A stretch of 63,874 nucleotides of DNA, counting the filler, from Klebsormidium nitens (taxonomy: Eukaryota; Plantae; Klebsormidiophyceae), in assembly GCA_000708835.1 (NCBI GenBank). It is 5 parts of 5 records of this genome, joined end to end, with 100 filler letters (N's around TTAATTAATTAA, not from the genome) between each part and the next. Parts side by side here need not be neighbours in the genome. Positions count along the whole stretch, not along the records: positions 58,859 to 61,680 come from DF238719.1; positions 61,781 to 63,874 come from DF238743.1; 3 more parts are not named here. One strand, 5' to 3'. Made by a program: the position numbers and the translations under genes. The notes beneath the pieces are model-generated. The model had not been told where the DNA came from and made no database searches. It saw nothing but the letters and a program-made list of their open reading frames with translations. Each line of letters opens with the position of its first letter. Within the stretch, counting starts at the first letter, position 1. This document shows positions 60,338 to 63,874 of this stretch, in pieces.

Positions 60338-60811
60338 CTATGGAGCCGCTATCAAAAAAACTGGCATGATTTGTGTCATGTGTGTTGGTCTACGTACAGA
60401 TTGAAAGCTGGAGACATTCGAGTGCGCAAGGAGAACCCGTGAAACCCGTGGAACTAGGGAGTTGCCGTAAAGGCTCGGCACAGCGCTAAGGGCCTGGAAT
60501 TCAACAGTACCGCGCTGTGGTGGACCGTTCACACCCAAGTCCGAGCAGAGCACTCCGTGCAGCCATGGCTCTGGCAGCAAGCATCGGTGCCCCGAAATTA
60601 CGAAGGTTGAACTCTCGTTGAACGCTGTTGGAGATAGCTTTGCACTGCAGCCAGCAGGCTCGGTTCTATAAAACTCCGGAGATGGCACGAAATCTCTGTC
60701 ACGGGGTGACTTAGAATCCAGGTCACCAGGTATAAGTGGCGCTGGCAAGGTCTGGCGTCTTTTGGCCCCGAAGTGAACCTTGTATCTGCTTGTTTTGCTG
60801 CCAGCAGCCAT
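60338..60811 (-). CDS. Hypothetical intronless ORF whose ATG lies in the terminal repeat unit
   Basis: ATGGCTGCTG start derives from the repeat; no motif recognised; may be spurious. Confidence 0.25.
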   Translation of the reverse strand: MAAGSKTSRYKVHFGAKRRQTLPAPLIPGDLDSKSPRDRDFVPSPEFYRTEPAGCSAKLSPTAFNESSTFVISGHRCLLPEPWLHGVLCSDLGVNGPPQRGTVEFQALSAVPSLYGNSLVPRVSRVLLAHSNVSSFQSVRRPTHMTQIMPVFLIAAP

Positions 60812-61680
60812 TCGACCCCGCACATTCGCTTGTGATTGATGGCGTCAACGTGTCTAAGTGTCCGACTTTTTGATGGACGTTTTCAGGTCGACCCCCTTTG
60901 ATGACGTCAGCAGCCATTCCCTGCACTTTCGTCTGTGATTGATGGCGCGAACGTGTCCGAGTGTCCGAGCTTTCGATGATCCTTTTGAGGTGGACCCCCT
61001 TTGATGACGTCAGCAGCCATTCCCTGCACATTCACCTGTGATCGATGGCGCGAAGTTGTCCAAGTGTCCGAGGTTTTGATGAGCGTTTTTGAGTCGACCC
61101 CCTTGGATGACGTCAGCAGCCATCCTCTGCACTTTTCGCTTGTAATGAACGGCGCGAACGTGTCCGAGTGTCTGAGTTCTTTATGAACGTTTTCAGGTCG
61201 ACCGCTCTGATGACGTCAGCAGAACTCCCACCAATAATCCACTGTGATTGGCGGCGCGAAAGTGTCCGAGTGTCCCACTTTTTAACACACCTTCTGTGTA
61301 TCCTTTCAGAATGTATGTCCTAGGCTGAGCCTAGGACATAGAGATTCTAATCGAACCTCTTTGATGACCGTGTCAGCAGCCATTCCCCGCACTTTCGCCT
61401 GTGATTGATGGTCAACTACAAGGGGAATACTACTGGAATGGTTGCTGACGTCATCAGGGGGCCGCCTTCCAAAAGGTACGTGAAAAACTCGGACACTCGG
61501 ACACCTTCGCGCCGTTGATTACAGCACATTATTGGTGGCATGGGTGCTGGCGTTATCAAGCATGCTCAACCCAAAACGGTACGAGCGAAACTCGGACACT
61601 CAGACACCTTACAGACACTCTGACACCTTCGCGCCGTTGATTACACTGAGAGCATTATTGGTGGGGATGGCTGCTGATGT
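60800..61680. repeat. Second array of the same ~100-bp family (variant unit): about 4.5 units in main orientation, a partial unit, then an inverted block at about 61436-61680 running into a gap
   Basis: TTGATGACGTCAGCAGCCATTCCCTGCAC...GGCGCGAACGTGTCCGAGTGTCCGAG repeated at ~104-bp spacing. Confidence 0.92.
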
Positions 61681-62929
61681 NNNNNNNNNNNNNNNNNNNN
61701 NNNNNNNNNNNNNNNNNNNNNNNNTTAATTAATTAANNNNNNNNNNNNNNNNNNNNNNNNNNNNNNNNNNNNNNNNNNNNGTCGGTTTGCTGCCACGCCC
61801 ACGGTGGACGGTCAAACTCAAAGGTCAGTACAGAAGCGCCATCTGGGCGTGTTGGAACTCATGGTAGGGAGTCGTATTGGAGTTGAGTTACTCGTCATTG
61901 GGTCTTATCGTGTTGCCCGACACCATGCTCATCATTTATTGATGGCAGCAATGCATCCTAAGAGGACACACAAAGCGCCTCACACGGGATAGCTGCGGTG
62001 CGGAATTCCGTACCCCCAATTTTGGAAGTGTTTCCGACCGCGTACGGCCAAAATTTCCTTGGTACCGGGGAGTTATCGTTGGTACCCCGTGAGCATTTTC
62101 CGAGATTTAAACCGACGAGGGACTGGGAAATTACCTGCAATATTTTCAACTTTGCAGGTAAAACTACAAAATTGCCCCAATTTACCTGTAAAAGGGGGGT
62201 CCTTTCAAAGCACTATATACGACCAAATAAGAGAAGCACACTTCCCAGCTTCTCTCAAAGGGTAGCCATTGATGTCCCAATGTCATGCAATGCAAATGAA
62301 TCATTCATATCTGACGGTAAAATAATGGTTTGTAGGTGTTCAATTGCTTCCATTTGAATGCTTGAGAAAGCCATGTTTGTGAATGTTTCTCAGTTCAACC
62401 TTATAGAGGCTCTGTGTGTGCACCTATGGCATCATTTTGGGTGGCGCATTGAGGTGTTGCCAACATTCGCAAGGCTATGGTCTACAATGACCGATCGGGC
62501 ATGCCCAATCTGAAGGTTCTCTCCTTCGTTAAGGTTATTGTACGAGGGGGAGGGAATACGGATGATATTCCCGGAAAATATCACCCGTATTCCCTTCCCT
62601 TCGTACAATTACCTACTTATCGCCCGTCCGACTGATCGCGTAGGTCGATCGCACGGCTCAGATTTCATTCTCGATCTTCCACCGAGCAACTTGACTTGCG
62701 GGGCAATATGGAATCACGTGGGTTCCTGTATTGCTCGCTAGAGGGAAATTCTTGCTTCCCATTGGCTGTTACGTCTGTTGCCCGCTCTTACACGTGCAAA
62801 CCAGGGGGCACGACGGAAATATTGCCCTGGCCATCGCTGACCCGGGCAAATACGGGATATATGGCCCGGCCCAAAGGCTGAGCGAAAAATCCGGACGGGC
62901 GATAAGTGTAAGAAGACACCAACGGTACG

Positions 62930-63170
62930 CGGTACCTAGGTATCTGTGCGCGACCTACAGGCTACGGTACGAGGTAGAGTAGGTACCAGGTACCTACCAG
63001 GTACCGTACCTACCACCAGCACCTACAGCCCACAGACTACAACGGTACCTACGGTACTACTGAAGTATCATACCTACCGGTATTAGCTACGAGTACCTAA
63101 GACCGGGAAGAGGTAGGTATACCTAAGCAAGGTAAGGTACGACTGTACCATGAAGCTACGGTACTTACCA
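62930..63170. repeat. GTAC/TACC-rich low-complexity tract
   Basis: Dense GGTAC, TACCT and CTAC words with no regular period. Confidence 0.55.
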
Positions 63171-63874
63171 TAGAGTGGCCGGATGTACACAACAATTAAC
63201 ATTCAGCCTTGAAATATTAATTGTAGGGGGGCAATCGTGCGGAGTACAGAGAGGAAGAGCATCTATCGACGGAATACTGTACCCCCTAGCTGCATGCAGT
63301 GCGAATTTCAGTAACCCGACTACCAGTATGCATGTGACTTGAGACTTGAACGTCTACCAAGCGCACTGCAGAGCAGATTGCCCCATATTTCTTGACCGGG
63401 AATTTTCCGAGAAAGTTCCGGGGAGGAACGGGATTCAAATAATCTTTGACCTACCCGTAGCGTACAAATATGGTGGGGGCTTTTCCGGCGGTTTCGACCC
63501 CGGTGAATGTACCAGATTGGAGGGTGATACCGACAAGTCTGTGTTGAAATCACACGCTCATGCTTGGAACCTACGAGGGATTGAACCACCCTCAAACATA
63601 AGCGCCTTCACAAAGGAGCGCCTCAATTCCCACCAAGGATCTCTTTGTTTGACTTTACCATCACTTTACAATGGTTAAGGTCAAAATCAATCCCGTAGCT
63701 ATGTCTACTCCAACCTAGTCCAAGTCTACCATAACCCTTAGATACGTGGATACGATAATCGACGGTCTAGCTTAACTCACTCCAACCAACTACCATCGAA
63801 CGGTCCACACAAATCTGGTCTTCACCTCTTGCATCCACCTTATCCAGATTCTTAATCTCCAAATTCTTCCAAAT

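Noticed and set aside
55732-60442. Long ORFs listed across 55.7-57.9 kb, 59.6-60.4 kb and 27.9-29.0 kb
   Set aside because: Their length comes from N runs translated as X and from repeat sequence
55395-61680. The ~100-bp arrays as a CRISPR array
   Set aside because: Units are similar along their whole length with no unique spacers, no cas genes are present, and the context is eukaryotic

Overview
Eukaryotic, intron-rich draft-assembly DNA with N gaps, four of which carry a TTAATTAATTAA spacer. It is probably from a streptophyte green alga (Klebsormidium-like); this is inferred from plant-type orthologues, not shown directly. No rRNA, tRNA or CRISPR array was recognised. Host genes: two paralogous short-chain dehydrogenases in a large inverted duplication, an FHA-domain gene with three intron-split GRAxMRxWW repeats, an At5g61450/LPA1-like P-loop NTPase, an 8-exon heterotrimeric G-protein beta subunit, and an unknown spliced gene. 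Accessory DNA: an intron-bearing IS630/Tc1-type transposase, a hAT remnant and MITE-like elements. Two features stand out. (1) A Crinkler/RHS-like NTPase + PD-(D/E)xK nuclease gene whose N-terminal region encodes a 2A/StopGo-like motif (MLLTTGGIESNPGP). (2) An intronless, co-oriented, virus-like cluster (HIRAN, unknown ORF, two tyrosine-recombinase copies) abutting orientation-switching ~100-bp TGACGTCA-core tandem arrays. Exon models were built by hand from GT/GC-AG sites and phase compatibility. Family assignments come from motif recognition only; no searches were run.
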